Below, in pieces: positions 28,822 to 39,455 of a stretch of DNA of 64,000 nt; within the stretch, counting starts at the first letter, position 1; each line of letters begins with the position of its first letter. The stretch is from Sedimentisphaerales bacterium (GTDB taxonomy: Bacteria > Planctomycetota > Phycisphaerae > Sedimentisphaerales > Anaerobacaceae). A program made the translations under genes and the position numbers. Below the pieces are notes generated by a model. It was not told where the DNA came from and did not search any database. It was given only the letters and a program-made list of their open reading frames with translations. The stretch is from the NCBI GenBank assembly GCA_963708075.1, contig OY970194.1:5408001-5472000 (forward strand), in the 5' to 3' direction.

Positions 28822-29721
28822 ATGGCAAGCTCGACCCGCGAATATCTCGATCCGATCTTTCTGAGCAAGCTGGCCAACATGGAGCTGGTGGCCCGGTGCG
28901 CCGTGGAGGGCTTTTTCTCCGGCCTGCATCCCAGCCCCTTCCAGGGCTTCAGCGTCGAGTACAGCGACCATCGCGAGTACCACGAGGGCGACGAGGTGAA
29001 GTTCGTCGATTGGAAGGTCTTCGCCCGCAGTGACCGGCTCTACATCAAGCGATTCCACCAGGAGACGAACACGACCGTCTATCTGCTGCTCGACACGAGC
29101 AGAAGCATGGCCTTTGCCGGCGGCAAAGCCGTCCGCAAGATCGATTACGCCTCGTTTCTCGCCGCCGCCCTGAGCTATCTCATGCTCAAGCAGTGCGACA
29201 GCACGGCGTTGGTGCTATTCGCGGAGAAGATCAAAGCGCAGGTCCCGCCGGCCTCCAGGCGCACGCATCTCACCGCCATCCTGCGCACGCTCGGAGATGC
29301 GACCGTCGCAGGCCGGACAAACCTCGCCGCCGTCCTGCACGCGATGGCCGAGACGACGAAACGCCGCGGCCTGATCGTCCTGATCTCCGATCTGCTCGAC
29401 GACGAGGGCGACATCTTCAAAGGCCTGGCGCACCTGAAGTTCCTCAAGCACGACGTCATCGTCTTTCACGTGATGGATCGCCAGGAATTGCACCTCGACT
29501 ACGAGGGTCTCATCCAGTTCGAGGACCTCGAATCGAAGGACAGGCTGCGCACGTTCCCGCAATCCATCCGGGCCGAGTACCAGCGGCAGGTGAGCGAATT
29601 CCTCGACGAGATAAAGAAGACCTGCGGCAAGAACAATATCGACTACTGCCTGCTCAACACCTCCGAGCCGCTCGACAGGGCCCTGATCGCCTACCTCGTC
29701 AGGCGAAGGAGGATGATGTGA
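28822..29721 (+). CDS. DUF58 domain protein
   Basis: 'GLHPSPFQGFSVEYSDHREY..GD...VDWK..AR', 'LDTSRSM', 'ISDL'. Confidence 0.93.
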   Translation: MASSTREYLDPIFLSKLANMELVARCAVEGFFSGLHPSPFQGFSVEYSDHREYHEGDEVKFVDWKVFARSDRLYIKRFHQETNTTVYLLLDTSRSMAFAGGKAVRKIDYASFLAAALSYLMLKQCDSTALVLFAEKIKAQVPPASRRTHLTAILRTLGDATVAGRTNLAAVLHAMAETTKRRGLIVLISDLLDDEGDIFKGLAHLKFLKHDVIVFHVMDRQELHLDYEGLIQFEDLESKDRLRTFPQSIRAEYQRQVSEFLDEIKKTCGKNNIDYCLLNTSEPLDRALIAYLVRRRRMM

Positions 29722-31805
29722 GTTTCCTGGCGTGGACATTCCTGTTCGGGGCACTGGCGGTCATCGGGCCGATCGTGGCCCACCTGCTGAGCAAGCCCCG
29801 CTTTCGGCGCGTGCCCTTCACGATGCTTCGCTTCCTGCGTGCGGGACAGAGCCACAGCCACTCTCGGCGCAGGCTTCGCGACCTGCTGATCCTGCTTCTT
29901 CGCTGCGCGATCGTCGTGCTGATCGCGATCCTGTTCGCCCAGCCGGTGCTGCATGTCAAAGCGACCCCGAAGGTGCAAAAGGCCGTCATTCATCTAGCTC
30001 TGGATGATTCGATGTCCATGGCCTATCGCGATGGCAGCCGAACTTTGTTCGAGCGGATGATCGAGAAGGCCCTCGATCACGTCAGGCAGGCGCCGGAGGA
30101 TGCCGCCTTCAACATCTGCGGCCTGGCGTCGGGCCGCTCAAGCCAGGGCCTGACGAAAAGCGAGGCGATCACGGCGATCAAGCAACTCACAGTTGTTTCG
30201 GCCGGCGTCCGACTTGCTGACTTCTTCTCAGCCCTGGGTCAAGCCGGCCGAGCGGCCGGCCCGGACGCCATGATTTCCGCCGTCCTCCTGAGCGATTTCA
30301 CGCCGAGTATTCTGCGGGAGTTCGAGCAGATTCAGACGCCCGCGACTGTCGAGGAGATTTACTGCGAGCCTATCATGCCTGACAAGCCGGCGGAGAATAC
30401 CGCGATTGTCGCCGCGCGAGTGGCCGGCCTCATCGGTGACACGCTGAACCTCGATGTCACCGTCGCCCACTATGGACCGACGCAGCGGGAGTGCACCGTC
30501 ACGGCAGGACTCCCCGACCACAGGTCCTTGTGCAAACAGGAGTTGAGCCTTGCCCCCGGGCAGCACAGGGCCGTGCGATTACAGATGGGCCTGAGTACCG
30601 GGTTACACAGGCCCGACCAGCCGTGCCTGCCCATTGAGTTGAGCGTGTCACAGGAGGACGGCCTGGCTGAGGATGACACATTTCGTATCGCGGTCTATGT
30701 CCCTCGCGCCACACAGACAAACGTCGTCCTCGTCCACCGCGCTGAGGAGACTTTTCTGTTTGAGACGGCGATCCAGGCCCTCTCCAACTCGGGCTCCCTC
30801 GAACGGCTGAGCCTGACCAAGGTCCCGCAGGGCCGGCTTACCACCCGCGACCTCGATGGAGCTAGTATCGCGGTCTTCTCATCCTTGCCCGCAGGCCCGT
30901 CCGTACGTGCAGGCGACCTGAAAGCCTTCGCACAGAGGGGCGGCAGGCTCATCTTCTTTACGGCGGGCACGCAGGATTTGGAGACCGCAAAGCTGTTGTC
31001 GCGCGAGGGGCTTCTGGCGGTCCAGCCACAGCGGTGGGTCCAGGCCATCACATATCCCGAGCCCCGGCCCTGCACCGGCGTATCTCTCGACCTGGACGAG
31101 CAGGCGGCAAGGTCCCTGTCCAACTATCGCCTCGATCAGGTCGCCCTGAAGGGGTACTGGCTGTGCCAGCCGGCCGCACAGGCGCAGTGCCTCTGGCGCC
31201 TGAGCGGCGGCGAAGGGCTCATCTACGGCATGCCCTGCGGGCACGGGCTCTCCATCTTCGTCAATACGAGCATCGACGATTCCCTCGGATTGCTCGCCAA
31301 GTCCGCCGCATGGGTCGCCTTCTGCCGCTGCCTCATCGGTGAGACTGAGCAGGTCCAGCAGTTCTGCTTCTCCACCGGCGAGCAGCCCGTTCTTCGAATT
31401 GCGGATCGCGGATCCTGGAATGCGGATTCCGGAGGGCGTGGCGAGCGTACGGCCCTCTCGGTGGAAAACTGTGACGGAAGCAGGGGCAGGGCGGCAGCCC
31501 AAGGCAACGTGCTTCTGCTGCCCACGCCTGCGGGCACGGGGTGGATGAAGACAACGGATGGGCCAATCCTGTACGCAGGCATCAACCTGCCTGCCGGGGA
31601 GACCGACCTGACGGCCCCGACGCAGGAGAAGATTGCCGATATAGCAGGCCGTATATTTGTGCGGACGGAGGCCCGGAGGCCGGAGACGGCCGGAGTCCCT
31701 GTATCCGCGAACCTTGAGCAAAAGCCTGTTTGGCCGTTCTTCGCCTGGGCGGCGATGCTTCTGCTTGTGCTCGAATCGGCGGTCGCGAACAGGCTCAAGA
31801 GGTAG
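29718..31805 (+). CDS. BatA N-terminal / vWA domain membrane protein
   Basis: GTG start overlapping the DUF58 stop; 'PIVAHLL...F.MLRFL...LLLRC...FAQP'; MIDAS 'DDSMS'; C-terminal TM helix. Confidence 0.85.
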   Translation: MSFLAWTFLFGALAVIGPIVAHLLSKPRFRRVPFTMLRFLRAGQSHSHSRRRLRDLLILLLRCAIVVLIAILFAQPVLHVKATPKVQKAVIHLALDDSMSMAYRDGSRTLFERMIEKALDHVRQAPEDAAFNICGLASGRSSQGLTKSEAITAIKQLTVVSAGVRLADFFSALGQAGRAAGPDAMISAVLLSDFTPSILREFEQIQTPATVEEIYCEPIMPDKPAENTAIVAARVAGLIGDTLNLDVTVAHYGPTQRECTVTAGLPDHRSLCKQELSLAPGQHRAVRLQMGLSTGLHRPDQPCLPIELSVSQEDGLAEDDTFRIAVYVPRATQTNVVLVHRAEETFLFETAIQALSNSGSLERLSLTKVPQGRLTTRDLDGASIAVFSSLPAGPSVRAGDLKAFAQRGGRLIFFTAGTQDLETAKLLSREGLLAVQPQRWVQAITYPEPRPCTGVSLDLDEQAARSLSNYRLDQVALKGYWLCQPAAQAQCLWRLSGGEGLIYGMPCGHGLSIFVNTSIDDSLGLLAKSAAWVAFCRCLIGETEQVQQFCFSTGEQPVLRIADRGSWNADSGGRGERTALSVENCDGSRGRAAAQGNVLLLPTPAGTGWMKTTDGPILYAGINLPAGETDLTAPTQEKIADIAGRIFVRTEARRPETAGVPVSANLEQKPVWPFFAWAAMLLLVLESAVANRLKR

Positions 31806-31806
31806 A

Positions 31807-34800
31807 ATGGCTGCGAAAGCAGAGAACATCTTGCATGACCTGATCAGTCGGATCGCACGGGTGCGACGGTGGCTCGTCGCGCTGGGGGTGTTGAAGACGG
31901 CTGCGATTGGGCTTGCCTGTGTCTGCCTCTATGTCGGCCTCTACGCCTGGCTCGACCACCACGCGCATTTCGGTCACGCAGGCAGGCTCTTGGCGTTGCT
32001 CGTACTGATCGGACTGCTGGCCGTGCTCTCATACTTCCTCGTCCGGGCACTCAAGCGCAGCATGACCTACGCCTACGCGGCTAACTACGTCGAGAACAGG
32101 CGCAGCTTCGATCAGCAGCTTGTGGCCGCCGTCGAGTACTTTGAAAGAGGACAGGATTACCCCTATTCCCGGGCGCTCGCTGAGCAGTTGGTGCTGCAGG
32201 TGGACGAGGCCGCACGCGGATTCCGCTTCGATTCCACGGTCAACAAGTGGCAGGGCTACGTGCTGGCAGGCCTCATCGCGCTCGGCCTGTTCGTGGTCGG
32301 CCTGTTCGTCCAGCAGAACGTGCTGTACTTCTCGTCCTATCTGTCCCGGCTGTTCCGCCCGCTGGCAAAGATCGAGCCTGTGCCTGCGACCGTGCTGGAG
32401 TCTGTGACAGAGGATATTGTCGTCGCCCGCGACACTCCGGTCACGCTCACCGCCGCTGTTCAAGGCCGCACGCCGGAGTCTGCTTCGCTCGTCCTGACCC
32501 GGCACGACCCATGCGATGCCAATACAGTTTCCGAGAGATTGGAGGTCGGCCCAGCCGTGGATGCGCAGGGCAATACGACCCTCACGGCAACCAGGACGCT
32601 CGGCACGCTTGGACATTTCAGCTATCGGTTCGAAGCAGGCGGTGTCTCGTCTGAGGTGCACACAGTGAAGGTGTGCGAGCCGCCTTCGATCAAGAGCATG
32701 ACAGCCACAGTATCCTTGCCCCAGGACAAGGGGCAAGGCGCCGCGACTTACACTCAGCAGGTCAAAGACGGAACGCTGGAAGTGCTGCCGCACAGCACGG
32801 TCGAGCTGCAGGTCGAGTGTACCGCGCCTCTGCGCGAGGCAAGTGTCGCCATGCCGGGCGGGCAACCGGCCGTGCGGACCCCCGATGGGGCCAACTCCTT
32901 CAGTGTCCAATTCCCGGTGGATGCCGCCGCCGCCATGGAGTTCACGCTCACGAGCGCCGATGGCATTGCCAATCGGGAGCCGCAGCAGCTTCGCCTCGTG
33001 CTCAAAGGCGATGAGCCTCCGCAGTTCAAGCTGCTTTGCCCCGACGGCGACTGCCTCGCCACGGATGTCGCCAGTATTCCTATCACATTCGAGGTCACAG
33101 ATGACTTCGGCCTGGACGCTGTGCAACTCTTCTGCGAGTTGCCCCGCCGTGATCCGTCTCTGATCGAGTCCAAAGTGGGCGAGGGTGCCAAGAGCATGAC
33201 ATTAACGCATACGCTCGAACTAGAGCAACACGACGTACGGGTCGGCGACAGTATTCTGTTCTATGCTCGGGCGACGGATGTCAGCACGGGACAACGGACT
33301 GCGGACGCCAATTCCTGCAGCGAGGTCTATTTCATTGAGATCCGGCCCTATCAGCAGTACTGGCATCCGGAGGAGGGCGGCCAGCCGAGCTCCATCCCTG
33401 GCCCTGTCCCCGAGGACCTCATCGCAATCCTCGAATACACCCGGGCGATTCTCAAGAAGACTTGGGCACTCGCCAATGCGTCACTGCCCGCGAGCGAAAG
33501 CGCGTCGCGCCTCGACGCCCTTCGCGGGGATGTGGAGTACTGTACCCGGACGCTCGCGAGCACTCGCGATGACCCGGAGAACGCCTTTAGCGAATCCGAC
33601 AAGGCAGCACTGCGTAAGATTGGCGAACGCTACGAGGACGCCGGGGATAAGCTCAGGCGTGGCGATGCCGACGCCGCGCTGCCTGCCGTGCGGGACGCCT
33701 ACCGCCTGCTGCGGCAGTTCATCGACGAGTTACACCTGAAGTGGACGCCACCTCAGAGCGGCCAAAGCGTCCCCGAGGAAAAGCCCGAGCGCGTCAAGCT
33801 CCAGGAGGAGCCGCAAAGCCCGGAGATGGACAAGCAGCGCGTCGAGAACCAGCTTGAAAAACTGCAGCGCAAGATCGATTCTCTGACCCGCGAGCAGAAG
33901 TCCCTCAGCACCGACCTGAACAAGGCCCTGCAACAGGAGCAGGCGGCAAGCAGCGGCCAGCCGGATAGCGCATCCTCCTCAAGTGCCGGCAGCAGCGGAC
34001 AATCATCACCGAGTCCGGCCCAGGACTCGCAGCGTCAATCGACACAGGACCCACAGGGTGCAGATAAGAAGATGCCTCAGCAAACGCGCGAGGACAAACA
34101 GACCGCGGGCGACGCGGGTTCCTCTGAGGGCCAGAAAGACAACGAGCAGAAAGACTCCGCGAAGGATCAGGCGACTCAGGGCCAATCGACCTCCGCACAC
34201 GCGCAGTCGCAGGACGGCAGCCAGTCGAGCGCGCAACAGGGCTCCTCACCCGGTAGTTCAGGCTCACCGCAGCAAAACTCGGCAAGCCAACCCGGCTCCA
34301 CACAGGCGAACTCGCAAGACGGCAAGGAATCGAGTACGCCGCAAGGCTCGTCACCGGGCAGTCCCGGTGCCGCACAGAACAGCCAGACTGGCCAAGCCCG
34401 CTCGGCCGGCTCACAGAGCGAGGGGAGCCCTTCCGCGGCGACGGATGCACGGCTTCGCATGCTGGAGGCGAAGCAGAAGGCCATCCGCGAGCAGGCGTCG
34501 CAGGTGCAGGCGGAGTTGCAGCAGGTGCGCACGACGGAGGTGACTGCCCAGGGCCGTGCGCGGGATGAGGCGCAAAAGCGCGTGGGGCAGGCCGTGGAGG
34601 AGATGAAGGAGTTCGAGGAAAAGCTCGCGGATGCGCGGTATGAGGCGGCGCCATCGCAGGACAAAGCCGGCCTGTCCGAGTCGGCCGAATCCGCACGTCG
34701 GCAGCTTGCCGAGGCGGGCCGGGCCATCCGCCAAGGGCTGTCCGGCGATAAGCCCAAGACGGCTGCCGAGCAGGCCCGGGAGATGGCCGAGCAGCTTGCC

Positions 34801-35151
34801 GCCGATGCCGACGCGCTCGATGAGTCTCTCAGCCCCGCCGACCGCCAGCGAATGCTGGAGCGGCTCGAGGCGGCCAAACGCCTGCTCCAGGACAATCCCG
34901 ACGTGCAGTGGGGCACGGTCTCCGGCCGCGGCACGTCCACCGGCGGCCTGGTCTATACGCAGGGCGGAGCCACGACGCCCGCGGAGACGGCGCGGATGCT
35001 GGCGAAGCAGTTCTGGTCCATCGCCATCGAGGCAAGGCAGAAGGAACTCCAGCCGTTTGTGGAGCAGCCGTCCGACGTCGAGTTCTTCCAGGCGGAGAAG
35101 GAGTTCTTTGAGAGAGCGGCCCAATTCAAACCGTCGGGTACGGAAAAATGA
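31807..35151 (+). CDS. Large membrane-anchored coiled-coil protein (DUF4175-like) of the MoxR operon
   Basis: N-terminal TM helices, Ig-like middle ('VTDDFGL', 'VGDSILFYARATD'), S/Q/G-rich linker, helical C-terminus. Confidence 0.7.
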   Translation: MAAKAENILHDLISRIARVRRWLVALGVLKTAAIGLACVCLYVGLYAWLDHHAHFGHAGRLLALLVLIGLLAVLSYFLVRALKRSMTYAYAANYVENRRSFDQQLVAAVEYFERGQDYPYSRALAEQLVLQVDEAARGFRFDSTVNKWQGYVLAGLIALGLFVVGLFVQQNVLYFSSYLSRLFRPLAKIEPVPATVLESVTEDIVVARDTPVTLTAAVQGRTPESASLVLTRHDPCDANTVSERLEVGPAVDAQGNTTLTATRTLGTLGHFSYRFEAGGVSSEVHTVKVCEPPSIKSMTATVSLPQDKGQGAATYTQQVKDGTLEVLPHSTVELQVECTAPLREASVAMPGGQPAVRTPDGANSFSVQFPVDAAAAMEFTLTSADGIANREPQQLRLVLKGDEPPQFKLLCPDGDCLATDVASIPITFEVTDDFGLDAVQLFCELPRRDPSLIESKVGEGAKSMTLTHTLELEQHDVRVGDSILFYARATDVSTGQRTADANSCSEVYFIEIRPYQQYWHPEEGGQPSSIPGPVPEDLIAILEYTRAILKKTWALANASLPASESASRLDALRGDVEYCTRTLASTRDDPENAFSESDKAALRKIGERYEDAGDKLRRGDADAALPAVRDAYRLLRQFIDELHLKWTPPQSGQSVPEEKPERVKLQEEPQSPEMDKQRVENQLEKLQRKIDSLTREQKSLSTDLNKALQQEQAASSGQPDSASSSSAGSSGQSSPSPAQDSQRQSTQDPQGADKKMPQQTREDKQTAGDAGSSEGQKDNEQKDSAKDQATQGQSTSAHAQSQDGSQSSAQQGSSPGSSGSPQQNSASQPGSTQANSQDGKESSTPQGSSPGSPGAAQNSQTGQARSAGSQSEGSPSAATDARLRMLEAKQKAIREQASQVQAELQQVRTTEVTAQGRARDEAQKRVGQAVEEMKEFEEKLADARYEAAPSQDKAGLSESAESARRQLAEAGRAIRQGLSGDKPKTAAEQAREMAEQLAADADALDESLSPADRQRMLERLEAAKRLLQDNPDVQWGTVSGRGTSTGGLVYTQGGATTPAETARMLAKQFWSIAIEARQKELQPFVEQPSDVEFFQAEKEFFERAAQFKPSGTEK

Positions 35152-37327
35152 CGCTCACGCACTATCCGGGACATCTCGTTGTCGTGACTGCCGCAGTGGC
35201 GCTGGCCGTGCTGACGTTTACCGCGTTCTATTGCGCCGAGACGCGAGCCCCCCAGCGCGGGCGATACCGCTGGCTCCTGATGCTGCTGCAATATGCGGCA
35301 ATCCTCGTGCTGTTTATCATCACGTGGGACCCGTCCACGCTGCAGACACACGAGGTCTTCCAGCGCAACGCCGTCGTGACGCTGTTCGACACGAGTGAGA
35401 GCATGTCCATCGCCGATGAGCGGAAGCTCGCCCGCTTGGACAAAGCCGTGGAGAAGTTCGCAGCATCCTTCCATCCGGATGATTCCACCGGTCCCGAGTA
35501 CCGGCTCTACGGCTTCGACCGCCAGGCGTATCATTGCAGCTCGGCCGACCTGCTGCGCCGCTGGGGTTCCGAGACAAATCTGCACGCCGCGATGTCACTG
35601 CTGACCCAGTCCGGCCGAGGTGCAGACCGAAGTCCGGCCGGCGCGATGGTGTTCACGGATGGCCGGGCAGGGGATAGGAACGTCCGGAGTTATCTGCCGC
35701 CGCTGGAGAAGGGCACGCAGATGTTTGTCATAGGCGTCGGCTCCAAAACTCCACGGATGGGTGCCGCGATCAAATCGATTTCCGCTCCCGCGCGGGCTTG
35801 GATCGATACGGCGTATCCCGCAGTCGTCACGGTCACAGGCACGAACCTCTCGAATGAGCCGCTCACCGTCGAGCTGCTCCACGACGGCCAGGTCACAGAC
35901 TCGCGCCGCATTGCACGAGACCAATTGAAGCGTTCCACCGACCGGCCGACCGCGGGAGAGGCCACCCTGGAGTTCAGAGTCCCCGCGCAGCAACTCGGCA
36001 CGCACGTCCTCACGGCCCGCGTCGTGCCTCACGGGAACGAGGCGAACACGGCCAACAACACCCGCAGTACGGCCGTCGAGGTCACCCAGGAACAAACGCT
36101 TCGGCTCCTGCTGTACGCACAGCAGGCGAGCTTCGATGTGGGCAAGATCCGCCAGGCGCTGGCCTGGGACAAACGAATCGAGCTCGACCTTCGGCTGGAC
36201 ATGATCCGCGACCCGGTCCTCGCGCAGCGCGCTTCTATCAACTCCGCGTCCGTGAAGTTCCCCGAGGGCAGGGAGCAACTCAATGACTTCGATGTGATCG
36301 TCCTGGGCCCGTGTGATCTGGGCCGATTCACGTCCGTGCAGCGCGACGCCTTGTACAGTTTCGTCGCGGATCGCGGGGGCGGGCTGCTGCTCCTGCCCGG
36401 TCCCAGCGTGGCCTCTCTGGCCGCCTGGCAGAGCGAGCAAGCCGATGTGTTGCTGCCTGTGATCCTTGACGCTCGGAATCCTCGTGTCATGCCGCCGGAC
36501 CCAAACACGATCAAGTTGTCCTTCGAGGCTCAGGTTGGCCGCCTCTTCAATCCGGCGGACCTTGCAGATCCGAACAAATCCATCTCCCCGTATTATCATG
36601 TGGCTCGGACCAAGCCTGCGGCCACCACGTTGGCCACGGTGGGGGGCACGCCGATCATCTCGGCCCATCGGCTCGGCCGGGGACGCGTCTGCCTCCTCAA
36701 TGCCGCCAAGCTGTTCACGCTCTATCGCGAGGACGAGAAGGGCGGTCTACTGGGCGACTTGATCTGCGGCCTTGCCGCCTACCTGGGCGCTGCGCTTCCG
36801 GGGGGACCGGCATCGAGTTGTTCGTCGAGCGCGAGGTGGACGATCCAAGGCGTGCGGCGTTCAACGCCTATGTCACCGACAAGGATTTCAAGCCGGTCAG
36901 CGAGGCGAGTGTGCTCCTGAGCGTCGGTGACCAGGCGGTGACCATGGAGCCGGCGGGCGAGGGACGCTACACAGCCGAACTCGACCTCGGATCGGCTGAA
37001 TCCGTCGTAGCTACTGCCCAGGCGGAGCAGAACGGCACGTTCCTTGGTGAGAGGACGATCGCTGCCAATCTCCCGCCAGTCCGTAATGAAATGTCCGAGA
37101 CTGATCTCGACGAGCCGTTCCTCAAGGCCCTCGCCCAGCGCCTCGGCGCCAAATACCTCCACATCGACGACGTTGACAACAAAATCGCGGGGACTTTCAC
37201 AGCGAAGCAGCAGATCGGCACCACGCAGGAAATCACCAGCGCCTGGCCGCGCTGGCCCCTGCTGCTCCTGCTATGCCTGCTGCTGTCCATCAAGTGGTTC
37301 CTCCGGCGATCTATAGGACTGGTCTGA
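35148..37327 (+). CDS. vWA + glutamine-amidotransferase-like membrane protein (frameshift at about 36790-36806)
   Basis: 'FDTSESM', 'FTDG', 'FDVIVLG', 'FV..RGGGLLLL', 'GRGRV'; C-terminal 'L..LA...G...W...KWFLRR..GL' in the next frame. Confidence 0.75.
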
Positions 37328-38157
37328 TGCGAAGAATAGCTCCACAAATCGCGACACTTGTCTTGCTGCTCTCGTGCATGACCTGCCCCGAGGCTGCCGA
37401 TTGCGGCGTGCCGACCAATCATCGGCCAGAGACAACGCTGCTCATTGTCAGCGGGATCAGCAGGGACCCGAACGATCAGGCGACCCGCGACCAGGCTATG
37501 ATCGCCCTGCGAGAGCATCTGCTCAAACGGATGAATGTCGATCCACAGAGGCTGGTGGTTCTTACGGCCGACGCGTCTCCCGCCTCCAGCCTGCAGTCTA
37601 CAGTCTCCCAGATTTCTCGCGTGATGGACACGTTCGTATCCGCCGTTCGCCCCACGGACAGGTTCATCTTCTACTATATCGGCCAGGCCAATGTGGCCGG
37701 TGGGGAGTTGCGGTTCAATCTGCCCGGGCCGGATATGACGCAGAAGGAACTGGCGGGACGGCTTGGCAGGATCAAGGCGGGCGCTCAGCTTATCGTGCTC
37801 GATTGCCCCTGTGCGGCTCTGGCCGCCAAAACTCTGACCTCAGCCAATCGAATCACCGTATGCGCCTCAGCGGCAACACAGGTTTACGGCACGCGGTTCA
37901 CCCCGCACTTCGTGCACGCGCTCGCCCAGCCGCAAACCGATGCGAACAATGACGCCAAGGTCTCGGTCCTGGAGGCCTTTACAGAGACCGCCAAAGAAAT
38001 CGAGCAGTGGTATCGACAAAAGGGAATCTTGTCCACGGAAACCCCTTGCCTGGAAGACGACGGCGATGGCACACCGAGCGAGCGGCCGTGGAAGCATGCG
38101 ACTGAAGGTGGCGACGGTCTGAAAGCCTCCGCATTCCTGTTGGCGGAGGGACGCTGA
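37327..38157 (+). CDS. Secreted caspase-like (C13/C14 fold) protein
   Basis: Signal peptide; 'FIFYYIGQA...FNLPGPD', 'VLDCPC', 'D.NNDAKVSVLEAF', 'LEDDGDG'. Confidence 0.6.
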   Translation: MRRIAPQIATLVLLLSCMTCPEAADCGVPTNHRPETTLLIVSGISRDPNDQATRDQAMIALREHLLKRMNVDPQRLVVLTADASPASSLQSTVSQISRVMDTFVSAVRPTDRFIFYYIGQANVAGGELRFNLPGPDMTQKELAGRLGRIKAGAQLIVLDCPCAALAAKTLTSANRITVCASAATQVYGTRFTPHFVHALAQPQTDANNDAKVSVLEAFTETAKEIEQWYRQKGILSTETPCLEDDGDGTPSERPWKHATEGGDGLKASAFLLAEGR

Positions 38158-38158
38158 G

Positions 38159-39166
38159 ATGCAACGGCGAGATTTCCTGAGACTGGCGGCTGGACTGACG
38201 CTTGGCGTCGGGCAGTCATATGCTTGTGCAGGCTCGGCGCCGCGCACACGGCGACAGGCGGACCCGCAGTTTGAATCCTTCATGCGGGACATGCAGGCGA
38301 GGATGCGCAACATGCAGCAGTCGATGCCGCCGTTTGGCATCCCGCCCTCGCAGCCGCCGTTCGGCTTTCCGCCGTCACGGTCGCCGCTCGGACCCGACCC
38401 CAACCAGCCGTCATATATGGCTTCGGCCGCAACCTACGATGACTACGACTTTGTCCTGACGCGGGTGCAGTTCAAAGAGCAGGGGACACCCGGGTACGGC
38501 AAGGGCCCCGATGTCTGGAACGTCCGCCCGGGTGCCGACGCCAATCTCCTGCGCGAACTCTCTGCGGCGATCCGCTGCAAGGTCAAACCGGTCGATCTGG
38601 GCTTCGACTGGGACCCGCAGTACGCCCAGCCGGGCCAACTCAACGCAGTCGTCACCTTCGACGACCGGCAGCGCCTGCGCGAGTACCCCTTCCTCTTCAT
38701 GACCGGCGAGAACGGCTACGTGTTCACCGACGAGCAGAAACAGAACCTGCAGGACTACATCAAGGCCGGCGGCTTTCTGCTCATGGACGACTGCGTCGTC
38801 AGCGACGGCGGTGATTTCTTCTATCGCAGCTCCTTCGAGCTGCTGGAGAACCTCTTCGGCAAGGGGGCCGTGCGCCAGATCCCGCGCGAGCACGAGGTTT
38901 GCCACAACATCTACGACCTGCGCGAGGTGGGCCTTCCGACGCTGGAGTACATCCAGCGCCGCCCGTACCGCCACATGCGTCAGACACACGGCCAGAACCA
39001 CGGCCCCCGCGGCGTCTTCATCGGCGACCGGCTCGCGGTCTTCCTCAGCTCCACCGACCTGCATTGCGGCTGGTGCGACAGCCACGGCATCGAATGGGGA
39101 CTCGACGCCTACCGAAGAACCATCCAGTGGGGCATCAACATCATTATGTACGCCATGACGCATTGA
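38159..39166 (+). CDS. DUF4159 domain protein, Tat-exported
   Basis: 'RRDFLR'; 'YPFLFMTG', 'LQDYIKAGGFLLMDD', 'DL.CGW', 'GINIIMYAMTH'. Confidence 0.88.
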   Translation: MQRRDFLRLAAGLTLGVGQSYACAGSAPRTRRQADPQFESFMRDMQARMRNMQQSMPPFGIPPSQPPFGFPPSRSPLGPDPNQPSYMASAATYDDYDFVLTRVQFKEQGTPGYGKGPDVWNVRPGADANLLRELSAAIRCKVKPVDLGFDWDPQYAQPGQLNAVVTFDDRQRLREYPFLFMTGENGYVFTDEQKQNLQDYIKAGGFLLMDDCVVSDGGDFFYRSSFELLENLFGKGAVRQIPREHEVCHNIYDLREVGLPTLEYIQRRPYRHMRQTHGQNHGPRGVFIGDRLAVFLSSTDLHCGWCDSHGIEWGLDAYRRTIQWGINIIMYAMTH

Positions 39167-39455
39167 CAGGTCAGTCGGCGGTTATTGGCATCCTGTATTT
39201 AGGCGCAACGCGAGCCCATTTGGCTTTTGGTTGACCGATGCTCAAGGCCGCATCGCTTGTTAGTTCACCTCGCGAAGAAGCGGACTACCAGGACATAACG
39301 TCGGCGGTCACAGCAAGCATGCGCAATATTAGCTAATCTCCAGTAGATTCCCGGCAGAGGTGAAGCATCGTCACGACCATACTCCATTCATCGACCTGCC
39401 GACAGGTCACTGTCGCCAATTGCTCTTTCCGGAGTCATTGCACCAGTTTGGCGAC

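Noticed and set aside
33940..34440. S/Q/G-rich stretch as a DNA repeat element
   Set aside because: Low-complexity protein linker in frame within the DUF4175-like gene; no nucleotide periodicity beyond codons
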